From an uncultured Clostridia bacterium (GTDB lineage Bacteria; Bacillota; Clostridia; Christensenellales; UBA1242): DNA of 24,000 bases. How positions within the stretch are numbered: the first letter of the stretch is position 1; every line of letters begins with the position of its first letter. Below are positions 1 to 9,571 of the stretch, piece by piece. The stretch lies in contig CALVZK010000001.1 of the NCBI GenBank assembly GCA_944372505.1, positions 22,555 through 46,554 on the forward strand. The letters run 5' to 3'. Made by a program: the position numbers and the translations under genes. The notes beneath the pieces were generated by a model. It was not told where the DNA came from. It saw nothing but the letters and a program-made list of their open reading frames with translations, and ran no database searches.

Positions 1-1881
1 AGAAGAGAAGAACAAAGGAAAAACAATATTTTTATTGAAGATGAAAATGGGTTTGAAGAAGTTTCTTTTGGATCTAGAAAAAGCATTAAAAAGAAAAAAG
101 AAATTATTAAAAATGATCTTCCTTCAATTACTCATGCAATTTTAACTGCTAAAGAAATAACAGTTAAAGACTTCAGTGAAAAAATAGGAAAACCAGTTAC
201 AGAAATTGTTAAAAAATTGATGTTATTAGGAATAATGGCATCAATAAATTCAAATATAGATTATGAAACTGCAGAATTAGTTGCAAGTGACTTTGGGGTA
301 ACTTTAGAACTTAAAATAGATAAATCTTTTGAAGAAAAAATGTTAGAAACTGCGGAAGCTCAAGATGATGAAAAAGATCTCGTAAAACGTCCTCCTATTG
401 TTGCTGTTATGGGTCATGTCGATCATGGAAAAACTTCGCTTCTTGATGCATTTAGACAAACAAATGTTGTTGCAGGTGAGGCAGGAGGCATTACGCAAAG
501 TATAGGTGCTTATCAAATAACATTTAATGGTGAAAAAATTACATTTATAGATACTCCTGGTCATGCAGCCTTTACTCAAATGAGAGCAAGAGGGGCAAAA
601 GCTACGGATATCGCTATCTTAGTTGTTGCAGCTGATGATGGAGTAATGCCACAAACCATAGAAGCAATAAATCATATCAAAGCAGCAAATGTTCCAATAA
701 TTGTTGCTATCAATAAAATGGATAAACCTGAAGCCAATCCAGAAAGAATTAAGCAACAATTAGCAGAAAATAATATTTTGCCTGAAGAATGGGGAGGCGA
801 TGCAATATGCGTTCCTATTTCTGCAAAAACTGGAATGGGATTAGATGATTTAAAGCAAACCATTCTATTAGTTAGTGAAATGCTTGATTTAAAAGCAAAT
901 CCTAAAAAGATGGCTAGTGGCGTTGTAATAGAAGCAGAACTAGATAAAAACAGAGGTCCTGTTGCTTCAATTATCGTGCAAAATGGCACACTAAATGTTG
1001 GAGATTCCATAATGTCAGGTTTAACTTATGGAAAAATAAGAGCTATGTTTAATGATAAAGGTAAATCAATAAAACAAGCTGGTCCATCGACACCTGTTGA
1101 AATACTTGGTCTTAATGATGTTCCATCTTCAGGAGATTATGTTTATGAAGTAGATAACTCATTATCTAAACAAGTCATACAAGAAAGAATTGATAAGATT
1201 AAAAAAGAAAGAGCTTCACATTCTTCAGGTGTTACGCTTGATAACTTTATGAACCGTGTACAAGAAGGGAATTTAAAAAATTTAAATATAATTTTAAAAG
1301 CAGATACAATGGGCTCTGTTGAAGCTTTAAAAGCGGCTCTTTTAGCAATTAGAAATGAAGAAGCAAAAGTAAATATCGTTCATTGTGGAGCTGGATCAGT
1401 TACTGAAAGCGACGTTGATCTTGCCCAAACAACTGGATCTATTATAGTTTGCTTCAATCAACGTCCTGTTGCAAAAGCTAAAGCTTTAGCTGATGTATTA
1501 AAAGTACAAATAAAAGAATATAAAATTATTTATGAAGTAGTAGACGAAATTACTGCAGCTATAAATGGAATGTTAAGCATAAAATATGAAGAAGTTTATA
1601 TTGGTTATGCCGAGATTAGAATGGTATTTAAATTATCTACAGCAGGAAAAGTTGCAGGGTGTTATATTAAAGATGGAAAAGCTACTAGAAATTCAATTGC
1701 TATTGTTAAAAGAGGCGATGAGGAACTTGGAAAAACTTCTGTAGAATCTTTAAAAATAGTTAAAGACGAAAAATCAGAAGTAGTTAAAGGATTTGAATGT
1801 GGAATTAAATTAAGAGATAATATAGACTTTAAAGAAGGAGATATTATAGAATTTTATTCAAAAGAAATTGTCAAAAGATAA
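1..1881 (+). CDS. infB: Translation initiation factor IF-2 (5' end truncated by window edge)
   Basis: Frame 1 is open from base 1 (RREEQRKNN...ITVKDFSEKIGKPVTEIVKKLMLLGIMA), so the track start at 217 is internal. GTPase motifs are present: AVMGHVDHGKTSLLD, DTPGH, NKMD. Stop TAA is at 1879-1881, and rbfA follows as in the conserved nusA-infB-rbfA cluster. Confidence 0.95.
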   Translation, partial: RREEQRKNNIFIEDENGFEEVSFGSRKSIKKKKEIIKNDLPSITHAILTAKEITVKDFSEKIGKPVTEIVKKLMLLGIMASINSNIDYETAELVASDFGVTLELKIDKSFEEKMLETAEAQDDEKDLVKRPPIVAVMGHVDHGKTSLLDAFRQTNVVAGEAGGITQSIGAYQITFNGEKITFIDTPGHAAFTQMRARGAKATDIAILVVAADDGVMPQTIEAINHIKAANVPIIVAINKMDKPEANPERIKQQLAENNILPEEWGGDAICVPISAKTGMGLDDLKQTILLVSEMLDLKANPKKMASGVVIEAELDKNRGPVASIIVQNGTLNVGDSIMSGLTYGKIRAMFNDKGKSIKQAGPSTPVEILGLNDVPSSGDYVYEVDNSLSKQVIQERIDKIKKERASHSSGVTLDNFMNRVQEGNLKNLNIILKADTMGSVEALKAALLAIRNEEAKVNIVHCGAGSVTESDVDLAQTTGSIIVCFNQRPVAKAKALADVLKVQIKEYKIIYEVVDEITAAINGMLSIKYEEVYIGYAEIRMVFKLSTAGKVAGCYIKDGKATRNSIAIVKRGDEELGKTSVESLKIVKDEKSEVVKGFECGIKLRDNIDFKEGDIIEFYSKEIVKR

Positions 1882-1910
1882 TTTCTTTTTACTTTAGTAG
1901 GGGGTAAAAT

Positions 1911-2273
1911 ATGAGTTTAAGATTTGATAGAGCTAATAAAGAAATTCAAAGATGTATATCTTTAATTATACAAACAAAAATGAATGATCCGAGATTAGAT
2001 CCTATGATTTATGTTAGCGAAGTAGAAATAACTCCTGATTTTAAATATTGTAAAGTAAAAATAGCATTAGATAATGAAAATAAAGAAAAATTAAATCGAA
2101 TGATAGATGTGTTACAAAAATCTGAAGGATTTATAAAAAGAGAACTTATAAAACTGGTAAAGATGCCTTCAGTGCCTAAAATAAAATTTGAAATAGATAA
2201 AGGAACAAATGCTACTATTCGAATAAATGAAATTTTAAAATCTTTAAACTTAAAAGACGAAGGTAAAAAATAA
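1911..2273 (+). CDS. rbfA: Ribosome-binding factor A
   Basis: The product is 120 aa. SD AGGGGG lies 6 nt upstream of the ATG. The RbfA-like N-terminus is R..RANKEIQR...MNDPRL...VSEVEITPDFKYCKVKI. The gene sits directly after infB. Confidence 0.85.
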   Translation: MSLRFDRANKEIQRCISLIIQTKMNDPRLDPMIYVSEVEITPDFKYCKVKIALDNENKEKLNRMIDVLQKSEGFIKRELIKLVKMPSVPKIKFEIDKGTNATIRINEILKSLNLKDEGKK

Positions 2274-3236
2274 ATGAACAAAAGTTTAAAACAAATTGCT
2301 AAACTAATAAAAAAGGCAAAAAAAATCGCAATATTTACACATATAGATCCAGATTTTGATGCTTTAGGATCTTCTTTATCTCTGTATTATGTATTAAAAG
2401 AGTTAAAAAAAGAAGTTGTTGTATTTTCTAAAAATAATTTTACTCATCAGGAAAAATTAATATTAGACGAATCAATTATTAATCACAATGATTGTAATGT
2501 AAATAATTTTGAATTATTTATTTCAACAGATACTCCAACTTTAAAACGTCTAGGAGATTATTCTTCCATTTTTTCCAACTTAAACAATAATACTATCGTG
2601 ATAGATCATCATAATAATTTAGATTTAAAAGGAAAACATACCTACATTAATGCAAATTATAGTTCATGTAGTGAAATAATATTTGAACTATTAAAAATAA
2701 TGAAAATAAAAATTTCATCGTTTGTTGCAACTATTTTATATACAGGTCTAGCAAGTGATACTAATTCATTTATAAATAGTAACACAAATTCTTTCTCTTT
2801 TATTCATGCTTGCGAACTTGCAAAACTAGGTGCTAACCTTGTTGAAGTTAATCAAAAACTTTTTAGAACAAAAACTAAAATGGAAATTGAATTAAAAAAA
2901 TATTTATATAACAATTATAAAATCAAAAAAGATATCGCTTATTGTTATGTTGATAATCAAACTTTAAAACAGTTAAAAGCCGAAAAATCAAATTGTAGCG
3001 GTTTTAGTACCACTCTTATTTCTATAGAAAATATTAATTATAGTTTCAGTATAGTCGAAGATGAAGATGGAAATTGTAATATATCTCTAAGATCCAAAGA
3101 TGGATATGATGTAAGAAAAATAGCAGAATCATTAGGAGGTGGAGGGCATATTTGTGCCTCAGGAGCAAGGATTCAATCTAATAATATAAAATATGTTGTC
3201 AATAAAATTTTAAAGTTAATAGAAAACAATAGGTAA
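2274..3236 (+). CDS. DHH/DHHA1-family phosphoesterase (NrnA-like oligoribonuclease/pAp phosphatase)
   Basis: The product is 320 aa. It carries the motifs IFTHIDPDFDALGS (DxD), VIDHHNN (DHH) and GGGGHICASGA (DHHA1 GGGH). The ATG directly abuts the rbfA stop. Confidence 0.75.
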   Translation: MNKSLKQIAKLIKKAKKIAIFTHIDPDFDALGSSLSLYYVLKELKKEVVVFSKNNFTHQEKLILDESIINHNDCNVNNFELFISTDTPTLKRLGDYSSIFSNLNNNTIVIDHHNNLDLKGKHTYINANYSSCSEIIFELLKIMKIKISSFVATILYTGLASDTNSFINSNTNSFSFIHACELAKLGANLVEVNQKLFRTKTKMEIELKKYLYNNYKIKKDIAYCYVDNQTLKQLKAEKSNCSGFSTTLISIENINYSFSIVEDEDGNCNISLRSKDGYDVRKIAESLGGGGHICASGARIQSNNIKYVVNKILKLIENNR

Positions 3237-3245
3237 TTTAAAAAA

Positions 3246-4097
3246 ATGGAAATTAATGGAATAATTTTATTAAACAAAGAAAAGGGAATTTCTTCAAATA
3301 AATTAGTAAACAAAGTAAAGTATTTATTAGGTGCAAATAAGGCTGGACATCTTGGAACTTTAGATGTTTTAGCTGAAGGATTATTACCTATTACGCTTGG
3401 TAAAGGAACAAAATTATTTAATTACTATTTGAATAAAAGAAAACAATATATAACTACTTTTAAATTTGGGTATACCACCGATACTTTAGATTTAGAAGGG
3501 GAAAAAACTTATTATAATGATATAAAACTTTATAAGAAGGATATTATTAAAGTAATACCAAACTTTATTGGAAAAATGAAGCAAGTGCCTCCAATTTATT
3601 CAGCAAAAAAAATTGCAGGTAAAAAAGCTTATTCTTTAGCAAGAAAATCTCAAATTAAAGAAAACGATTTAACAGCTAAAGAAATTGAAATATATAATAT
3701 TTCTTTATTAAAATGTTTAGGAAAAAATACATTTCAATTTTTAGTAGATTGCTCTAGCGGAACATATATTAGAAGTTTATGCAGAGATATGGCTAATAAA
3801 TTAAACACATTTGGTGTTATGTTAAATATAATACGCACTAAATGTGGTGATTTTAAAATAGAAAATTCATATTCTTTAGAGGAAATTTCTAAAGGCAAAT
3901 TTGAAATTATAAATCTTGATTCTTTGTTTTCCTATGACTCAATTAATTTAGAAGAAGATTCCAATAAATTATTAAATGGACAAACTATAAAAATTAATCA
4001 TTGTGACGGCATTTACAAATGTTTTCATAATGATGTATTTATAGGTTTAATTGAAATAATTAACAAAACTGCAAAATTAAAGCTTCGATTAATTTGA
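3246..4097 (+). CDS. truB: tRNA pseudouridine-55 synthase
   Basis: The product is 283 aa. It has the TruB catalytic motif GHLGTLDVLAEGLLPI, then QVPPIYSAKKI and GTYIRSL. Its position in the infB-rbfA-truB cluster is conserved. Confidence 0.9.
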   Translation: MEINGIILLNKEKGISSNKLVNKVKYLLGANKAGHLGTLDVLAEGLLPITLGKGTKLFNYYLNKRKQYITTFKFGYTTDTLDLEGEKTYYNDIKLYKKDIIKVIPNFIGKMKQVPPIYSAKKIAGKKAYSLARKSQIKENDLTAKEIEIYNISLLKCLGKNTFQFLVDCSSGTYIRSLCRDMANKLNTFGVMLNIIRTKCGDFKIENSYSLEEISKGKFEIINLDSLFSYDSINLEEDSNKLLNGQTIKINHCDGIYKCFHNDVFIGLIEIINKTAKLKLRLI

Positions 4098-4155
4098 TTT
4101 TATTTAAAAATAAATTTATTTATATAATTTTAAATAAATTGAAAGGAGAAAATAA

Positions 4156-5016
4156 ATGGTACTTTTTGGTCCATCTGGATGTGGGGAAGAATTTTATAAT
4201 GAAGGATTTAAAGATATTTTTCAAGTTCCTAAATGGTTAAAAAATAAAGGACTTGATGCATATGAATATTCTTTTGGACATGGATATCAGATGAATTTAC
4301 AAACTGCTGAAAAAGCAGGGAGATTATTTAAAGAAAATAATATTGAAACTTCTATACATGCTCCATTTTATATTAATTTTGCAAATCCTGACGAAGAAAT
4401 GTTTTTAAAAACAAAAGGTTATATTTACACAGGCATTAAATTTCTAAATGCTTTTAGATCAAAAAAACTTATTTTCCATGCAGCATCATGTGGAAAAATG
4501 AAAAGAGAAGAAGCTTTAAAATTAACTGAAAAACGCTTCATTGAAACATTTGATTCTTTAGAAAGTGATGGATTATTGAATGGACTCTATTTATGTCCAG
4601 AAACCATGGGAAAATCTTTACAAATAGGCACTTATAAGGAAATTATTCAATTATGTAAACTCAACAAACACCTTATTCCTACTTTTGATTTTGGTCACAT
4701 TAATGCTCTTGAACAAGGCTCTTTAAAATCTGAAGATGATTATAAAAAAGTTTTTGATTATTCTTTAGATGTGTTGGGCTTTGACAAAACAAATAACTGC
4801 CACATTCATTTTTCCAAAATTCAATATGGTCCAAAAGGCGAAATTAAGCATCTAAATTTTGATGATAATATTTTTGGTCCTAATTTTGAACCACTTGCTA
4901 AAGTATTAATTGATTATAAACTTTCTCCCACTGTTATTTGTGAATCAATGTCTTTAATGCCTCATGATGCTCGTATTATGAAAAAAATATATAATAATTT
5001 ACTAGACAAATCATAA
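4156..5016 (+). CDS. Endonuclease IV-like AP-endonuclease family 2 TIM-barrel protein
   Basis: The product is 286 aa with SD GAAAGGAG upstream. A series of putative metal ligands is spaced as in Endo IV: IHAPFYINFANPD, IFHAAS, CPETMG, FDFGH, HIHFS, ICES. The exact activity is not determinable from sequence reading. Confidence 0.55.
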   Translation: MVLFGPSGCGEEFYNEGFKDIFQVPKWLKNKGLDAYEYSFGHGYQMNLQTAEKAGRLFKENNIETSIHAPFYINFANPDEEMFLKTKGYIYTGIKFLNAFRSKKLIFHAASCGKMKREEALKLTEKRFIETFDSLESDGLLNGLYLCPETMGKSLQIGTYKEIIQLCKLNKHLIPTFDFGHINALEQGSLKSEDDYKKVFDYSLDVLGFDKTNNCHIHFSKIQYGPKGEIKHLNFDDNIFGPNFEPLAKVLIDYKLSPTVICESMSLMPHDARIMKKIYNNLLDKS

Positions 5017-5031
5017 CAACTGTGATAAAAT
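5003..5031 (+). promoter_or_regulatory. Candidate sigma-A promoter for efp (extended -10)
   Basis: TAGACA (5003-5008), 17 nt spacer, then TAAAAT (5026-5031) preceded by TGa (TGaTAAAAT). It overlaps the 3' end of the upstream gene. The efp ATG is 34 nt downstream of the -10. Confidence 0.45.
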
Positions 5032-5064
5032 AAATAGGTAAAATTTATTTATAAGGAGAAATAT

Positions 5065-5625
5065 ATGGTTTTTGCTGGAGATTTTAGAAAAGGTACTACT
5101 TTTGAAATGGATGGTGCGGTTTATTCTGTTATTGATTTTTTACATGTTAAGCCTGGTAAAGGCTCTCCATTTGTTAGGGCAAAATTAAAAAATGTTATGA
5201 CTGGACAAGTAAAAGAAACTACTTTTAATCCATCAGACAAATTTCCTATCGCTGTTATTGAAAAGAAAGAAATGACTTATTTGTACAATGATGGAGCAAT
5301 TTATTATTTTATGGACAATGAAACTTATGACCAAATTCCATTAAATAAAGACAGTGTAGAAGATGCTCTTAATTATGTCAAAGAAAATGAAATTTGCACA
5401 ATGTATTTTTATAAAGGAAATCCTTTTTCAATATATCCACCAACATTTGTTGAATTAGAAGTTATAGATTGTGAGCCTGGTGTACAAGGAGACACTGCGA
5501 AATCTTCTTCTAAACCAGCAAAACTTGAAACAGGATATGTTTTGAATGTTCCATTGTTTATAAATGTGGGCGATAAAGTGAGAATTGACACTAGAGATGG
5601 AAGTTACATGGAAAGAGTTAAATAA
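5065..5625 (+). CDS. efp: Elongation factor P
   Basis: The product is 186 aa with SD AAGGAG. The N-terminus matches EF-P (...[40 protein letters not shown]), including the KPGKG loop that carries the modified Lys. Confidence 0.95.
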   Translation: MVFAGDFRKGTTFEMDGAVYSVIDFLHVKPGKGSPFVRAKLKNVMTGQVKETTFNPSDKFPIAVIEKKEMTYLYNDGAIYYFMDNETYDQIPLNKDSVEDALNYVKENEICTMYFYKGNPFSIYPPTFVELEVIDCEPGVQGDTAKSSSKPAKLETGYVLNVPLFINVGDKVRIDTRDGSYMERVK

Positions 5626-5645
5626 AACAAATTATTTAAAAATAT

Positions 5646-5680
5646 AAAGGTTGTATAGAAAAATACAACCTTTTTTATTT
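5646..5680 (+). terminator. Intrinsic terminator after efp
   Basis: An 11-bp stem AAAGGTTGTAT / ATACAACCTTT (5646-5656 / 5663-5673) with a 6-nt loop, followed by a T-run. Confidence 0.85.
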
Positions 5681-5759
5681 TATCATTTATTGATTTTATG
5701 TTCTTAATTTACTAATTTTTTCTATACAAATTTTGGCTATAATTGTCGTTTCAGTATTT

Positions 5760-5787
5760 ATAAAACTTCTCATTCATAGCATACAAA
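5760..5787 (+). promoter_or_regulatory. Candidate sigma-E-type (mother-cell) promoter for spoIIIA operon
   Basis: CATACAAA at 5780-5787 resembles the sigma-E -10 consensus CATACAnT. An ATA at 5760-5762 lies roughly at -35 distance. The -35 match is poor and the implied leader is very short. Confidence 0.3.
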
Positions 5788-5798
5788 AAGAGGTTTTT

Positions 5799-6704
5799 AT
5801 GTTAGAAAAAATTTTGCCGAATGATATTTATTCAATCTTAAAAAATAGAGTTAACATAAATAGTATAAACGAAATAAGATTAAGAAGTGATAAACCTATT
5901 TTACTACAAATTGGGAGCAAAAGAACATTCCTTTCTTATGGAGGAACTACTTCTAATATAAATGATGCAATAATTGCCTCAAAAATCATGATTGAGGATA
6001 TTATTTTCAGAGCAAGTGAGTGTTCTATTTATTCGGTTAATGAACAAATTAAAAAAGGATTTATTGTGACTCCTGGCGGTATGCGTCTTGGACTTGGTGG
6101 GGATTTAATTGAAGAAAATGCAGTTATAAAAACTATGAGTAATTTTTCTAGTGTTAATATTAGACTCCCTCATGAAATTAAAAATTGCAGTTTAAGCGCC
6201 TTTGACTATCTTATAGGTGAAGAAACAATTTATAACTCGTTAATTATTTCACCTCCTGGGGCTGGTAAAACAACTTTTTTAAGAGATTTTATAAGACAGC
6301 TTTCAGACCATAATTACGCATTCAATGTTCTTGTACTTGATGAAAGGGGAGAACTTGATTTAGGGACTAAAAATTGTTTAGGAAGTTTCACTGATAAGAT
6401 ATCTTTCGCTAAAAAATCTGTTGGTTTTGAAAATGGGATAAGAGCTTTATCACCACATATTATTGTAACTGATGAACTAGGACAAAAGGAGGATATTGAT
6501 GCAATTTTATATGCAGTAAATTGTGGTGTAAAAATTTTGGCTTCTGTCCATAGTGACAGCATAGAAAGTTTATCGCGTAAACCTCTTTTTGATGAAATAT
6601 TTAAAAATAAGGTATTTCAAAGATATGTTCTTCTGTCTATGCGAAATGGTCCAGGTACTTTAGAAGGAATTTATAATGAAAATTTTTCTCGATTAAGAAT
6701 TTAG
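5799..6704 (+). CDS. spoIIIAA: Stage III sporulation protein AA (ATPase of the SpoIIIA-SpoIIQ channel)
   Basis: Walker A ISPPGAGKTTFLRD, Walker-B-like VLVLDERGE and IIVTDELG. I place the start at ATG 5799 (MLEKIL...), 5 nt after SD AAAGAGG. The track TTG start at 5733 has no SD and adds a hydrophobic non-conserved extension. Confidence 0.85.
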   Translation: MLEKILPNDIYSILKNRVNINSINEIRLRSDKPILLQIGSKRTFLSYGGTTSNINDAIIASKIMIEDIIFRASECSIYSVNEQIKKGFIVTPGGMRLGLGGDLIEENAVIKTMSNFSSVNIRLPHEIKNCSLSAFDYLIGEETIYNSLIISPPGAGKTTFLRDFIRQLSDHNYAFNVLVLDERGELDLGTKNCLGSFTDKISFAKKSVGFENGIRALSPHIIVTDELGQKEDIDAILYAVNCGVKILASVHSDSIESLSRKPLFDEIFKNKVFQRYVLLSMRNGPGTLEGIYNENFSRLRI

Positions 6705-6713
6705 GAGGGTATC

Positions 6714-7208
6714 ATGAAGTATATTTTGCTTATATTTCTTATGTTTGTTTGTATTTTTATTGGTTTTATTTTTTCAAAAAAATATAGCTTAAGAGCCAAT
6801 TTTTTTAAAGCAATTATTTCTCTTTGTCAAAAATTTGATATTGAAATAAACTTTTCTCGAGAAAGGTTAAAAAATATATTTTTAAATCTAGACGATAATA
6901 TTAAAAAAAATTTAAAAGGTATAGATAAAAACTATATTTCTTTTATTGATAAAGAAACTCCTCTTGACAAAGTCTCTCTTTTTTCAAACATAAATTTTTT
7001 AAAAGAAGAAGAAAAGGACATTTTGTTTAATTTTTTTCGTTCACTTGGCAGAAGTGATCTAGAAAGTCAATCTAAAGAAATAAAAAATTATTTAGTAAAA
7101 TTTAATGAATTTTCTCAAAAAACTTCTTTGGATAATAAAAAATATGGTTCTTTATCAATAAAACTTGGAGTTATTGCAGGTTTAGTCCTTATTGTTTTAT
7201 TTATTTAA
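6714..7208 (+). CDS. spoIIIAB: Stage III sporulation protein AB
   Basis: The product is 164 aa with SD AGGAGGG. It has an N-terminal TM segment, a soluble helical region and a C-terminal TM segment, and is second in the spoIIIA order. Confidence 0.8.
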   Translation: MKYILLIFLMFVCIFIGFIFSKKYSLRANFFKAIISLCQKFDIEINFSRERLKNIFLNLDDNIKKNLKGIDKNYISFIDKETPLDKVSLFSNINFLKEEEKDILFNFFRSLGRSDLESQSKEIKNYLVKFNEFSQKTSLDNKKYGSLSIKLGVIAGLVLIVLFI

Positions 7209-7219
7209 AGGAGGAAAAT

Positions 7220-7414
7220 ATGGACGTAGATATTATCTTTAAAATTGCCGCTATTGGCATTTTAACAGCAATAATCGGACAAGTACTAAAACAAGCTGGC
7301 AAAGATGAAATTTCAACTTTAGCAACACTCGCAGGACTTATTATTGTTTTGTTAATGGTTATTAATTTAATCGCTGATTTATTTAGCAGTTTAAAAACTA
7401 TTTTCAATTTTTAG
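7220..7414 (+). CDS. spoIIIAC: Stage III sporulation protein AC
   Basis: The product is 64 aa with two TM segments. MDVDIIFKIAAIGILTAIIG...LFSSLKTIF closely parallels B. subtilis SpoIIIAC (recalled from memory). SD is AAGGAGG. Confidence 0.88.
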   Translation: MDVDIIFKIAAIGILTAIIGQVLKQAGKDEISTLATLAGLIIVLLMVINLIADLFSSLKTIFNF

Positions 7415-7424
7415 TTAGGAGATT

Positions 7425-7817
7425 ATGGATATAATATTTAAAATTGTCGCAATAGGGCTTATTACTTGTGTAACTACTATTATTGTTAAGCCTATTCGCA
7501 ATGACTTTGCGATTTTAATAAGTGTAGTCGGTGGATTAATTATCTTATTTTTGATAATAAACTATCTTACTGGCATTTTTAATACATTACAAAATATTAT
7601 TGGTATAACAAATTTAAACTCTAGTTTATATAAAATTTTACTTAAAATAATTGGAATTGGATATCTTATTGAATTCACTGCTGGTATATGCATTGATACA
7701 GGCAACAATAGTCTTGCAGATAAGGTTTTACTTGGTGGAAAAATTATTATTATGGTTATGGCTTTACCTATTATAACAAGTATTTTAGAAATTATAATGG
7801 AGTTATTACCATCATGA
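7425..7817 (+). CDS. spoIIIAD: Stage III sporulation protein AD
   Basis: The product is a 130-aa polytopic membrane protein. LKIIGIGYLIEFTAGICIDTGNNSLADKV...GGKIIIMVMALPI parallels B. subtilis SpoIIIAD (recalled from memory). Confidence 0.88.
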   Translation: MDIIFKIVAIGLITCVTTIIVKPIRNDFAILISVVGGLIILFLIINYLTGIFNTLQNIIGITNLNSSLYKILLKIIGIGYLIEFTAGICIDTGNNSLADKVLLGGKIIIMVMALPIITSILEIIMELLPS

Positions 7818-9061
7818 AAAAATATAAATTTGATTATCATCAAAAAAATAAGAAATGCCTGTTGCTTTTACCAATAATTTTACTTTTCTTTTTTTGTCCT
7901 ACTATTGGTAAGGGTTATATTGTAAATGCTTATTCAACTTCTCAAAATTCCGAAATTTCTTCTTCAGAGGAAGATATCACAACCGAACTGCAAGATGAGG
8001 TAAACGATCAACTAAAAGATTTAGATTTTTCTTCATTAGAGGATATACTAAATTCTTTAACGGAAGGACAAATAAAAATCTTTGGTGGTAGCAGTTTTTT
8101 AGAAAAATTGCAAAAATTAATTAATGGAGATTTTGATAAATCTAATGGTTTGTGGGGAGCAATAATTGAAATATTTTTTGATACTATTTTAGGTTTGCTT
8201 CCTATTATTTCTATTATTGTTGCCGTAGCGCTTTTAGGGAATATGCTACAAGGAATAAAACCTAGCAACGGTAAAAGTATTTCTAATCTAATTAATTTTG
8301 TAACTTATGGTGTTATTGTAGTTCTTATTTTATCAATGGTACTTCAAATGGTTACTTTGACTTCTTCAACTATCATTACAATTAAAAATCAAATGGATGC
8401 AATATTTCCAATTTTATTAACTTTGTTAACAGCAATAGGGGGTACAGTTTCTACTAGTATTTATCAGCCAGCTATGGCACTTTTATCAAGTATTTTAATA
8501 AACTTTTTTACCTATATTTTATTGCCAATATTTATATTTTCTGTTGTTTTTAATGTCGTATCAAATTTATCTAACACTGTAAAATTAGAAAAATTCTCTT
8601 CTTTTTTAAATAGTACTTATAAGTGGTTAATTGGATTGGTATTTACAATTTTTACAGCATTTTTATCAATTCAAGGTATAACTGCTGGATCTATTGATGG
8701 TATATCTATTAGGACAGCCAAATATGCAATTAAATCTTATATACCTATTTTAGGTTCTTATTTAAGTGATGGTATGGGAATAATATTAGCTTCTTCAAAT
8801 TTAATAAAAAATGCTGTAGGAGCAACTGGATTATTTTTACTTTTAGCAACAATTATTTCTCCACTTTTAGAACTAATTTTATTTATGCTCGCCTTAAAAC
8901 TTATTGCAGCAATAGTTGAACCTTTAGGAAATAAACAGGTCGCTAATTTTGTTTCATATCTTTCTAAAAGTATGGTTTTACTGATTGTACTTTTAATAGG
9001 AGTCGCTTTTGTATATTTTATTACCATTGGTTTAGTAATGTGTTCTGCAAATATTTTATAG
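7814..9061 (+). CDS. spoIIIAE: Stage III sporulation protein AE
   Basis: The product is 415 aa. It has an N-terminal signal/TM segment, an acidic Ser-rich linker and then many TM segments. An ATGA overlap joins it to the spoIIIAD stop, and it is fifth in the operon. Confidence 0.85.
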   Translation: MKKYKFDYHQKNKKCLLLLPIILLFFFCPTIGKGYIVNAYSTSQNSEISSSEEDITTELQDEVNDQLKDLDFSSLEDILNSLTEGQIKIFGGSSFLEKLQKLINGDFDKSNGLWGAIIEIFFDTILGLLPIISIIVAVALLGNMLQGIKPSNGKSISNLINFVTYGVIVVLILSMVLQMVTLTSSTIITIKNQMDAIFPILLTLLTAIGGTVSTSIYQPAMALLSSILINFFTYILLPIFIFSVVFNVVSNLSNTVKLEKFSSFLNSTYKWLIGLVFTIFTAFLSIQGITAGSIDGISIRTAKYAIKSYIPILGSYLSDGMGIILASSNLIKNAVGATGLFLLLATIISPLLELILFMLALKLIAAIVEPLGNKQVANFVSYLSKSMVLLIVLLIGVAFVYFITIGLVMCSANIL

Positions 9062-9070
9062 GGAGGTAAA

Positions 9071-9571
9071 ATGATAGAAAATTTATCAAACTGGATTTTA
9101 TCTATTGCTGGTATTATTTGTCTTTCAGTGATTGTTGAATTAATTTTACCAGAAGGTCAGATGAATAAATATATCAAAGGCGTTTTCTCTTTTATTATTG
9201 TCCTTGTTATAATTATGCCAATACCTAATTTATTAAAAAAAGAATATAATTTTTCAGAAATTTTAGATGAAAATGTTTTTGAAGTAGATGAAGATTATTT
9301 ATATCAAATAAATTTAAATAAAATAAATTTAATAAAGGAAAAAATTGAAACAGATATAAGATCATATGGATATTTAAATGTGAAAATATATATTAATTGC
9401 AATATTTTTGATAAAGGAATGGAATTTAAGTCGATAAATGTCGATTTATCTGATTTAGTAATAACTCAAAATGCAGAGCATAAAAATATATCAAAGATAA
9501 AAAAAGACATTACAAGCATTATTCTAAATTTAATCGATATAAACGAGGAGGCAATTCTATATGACGGATAA
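9071..9571 (+). CDS. spoIIIAF: Stage III sporulation protein AF
   Basis: The product is 166 aa with SD GGGAGG. Two N-terminal TM segments precede a soluble domain, and it is sixth in the operon. Confidence 0.78.
   Translation: MIENLSNWILSIAGIICLSVIVELILPEGQMNKYIKGVFSFIIVLVIIMPIPNLLKKEYNFSEILDENVFEVDEDYLYQINLNKINLIKEKIETDIRSYGYLNVKIYINCNIFDKGMEFKSINVDLSDLVITQNAEHKNISKIKKDITSIILNLIDINEEAILYDG

Noticed and set aside
4108-4121. A 14-nt perfect palindrome AAATAAATTTATTT in the truB to Endo IV-like spacer, next to a TATAAT at 4123-4128.
   Set aside because: It is an A/T-only sequence in an A/T-only spacer, so it is expected by chance. No acceptable -35 lies at 16-19 nt from the TATAAT (TTGATT is 23 nt away), so I did not call a promoter.
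5733-5798. TTG start at 5733 for spoIIIAA (MAIIVVSVFIKLLIHSIQKEVF extension).
   Set aside because: It has no SD, and the extension is hydrophobic and not part of SpoIIIAA. ATG 5799 has an SD at ideal spacing. The region more plausibly holds the operon promoter.
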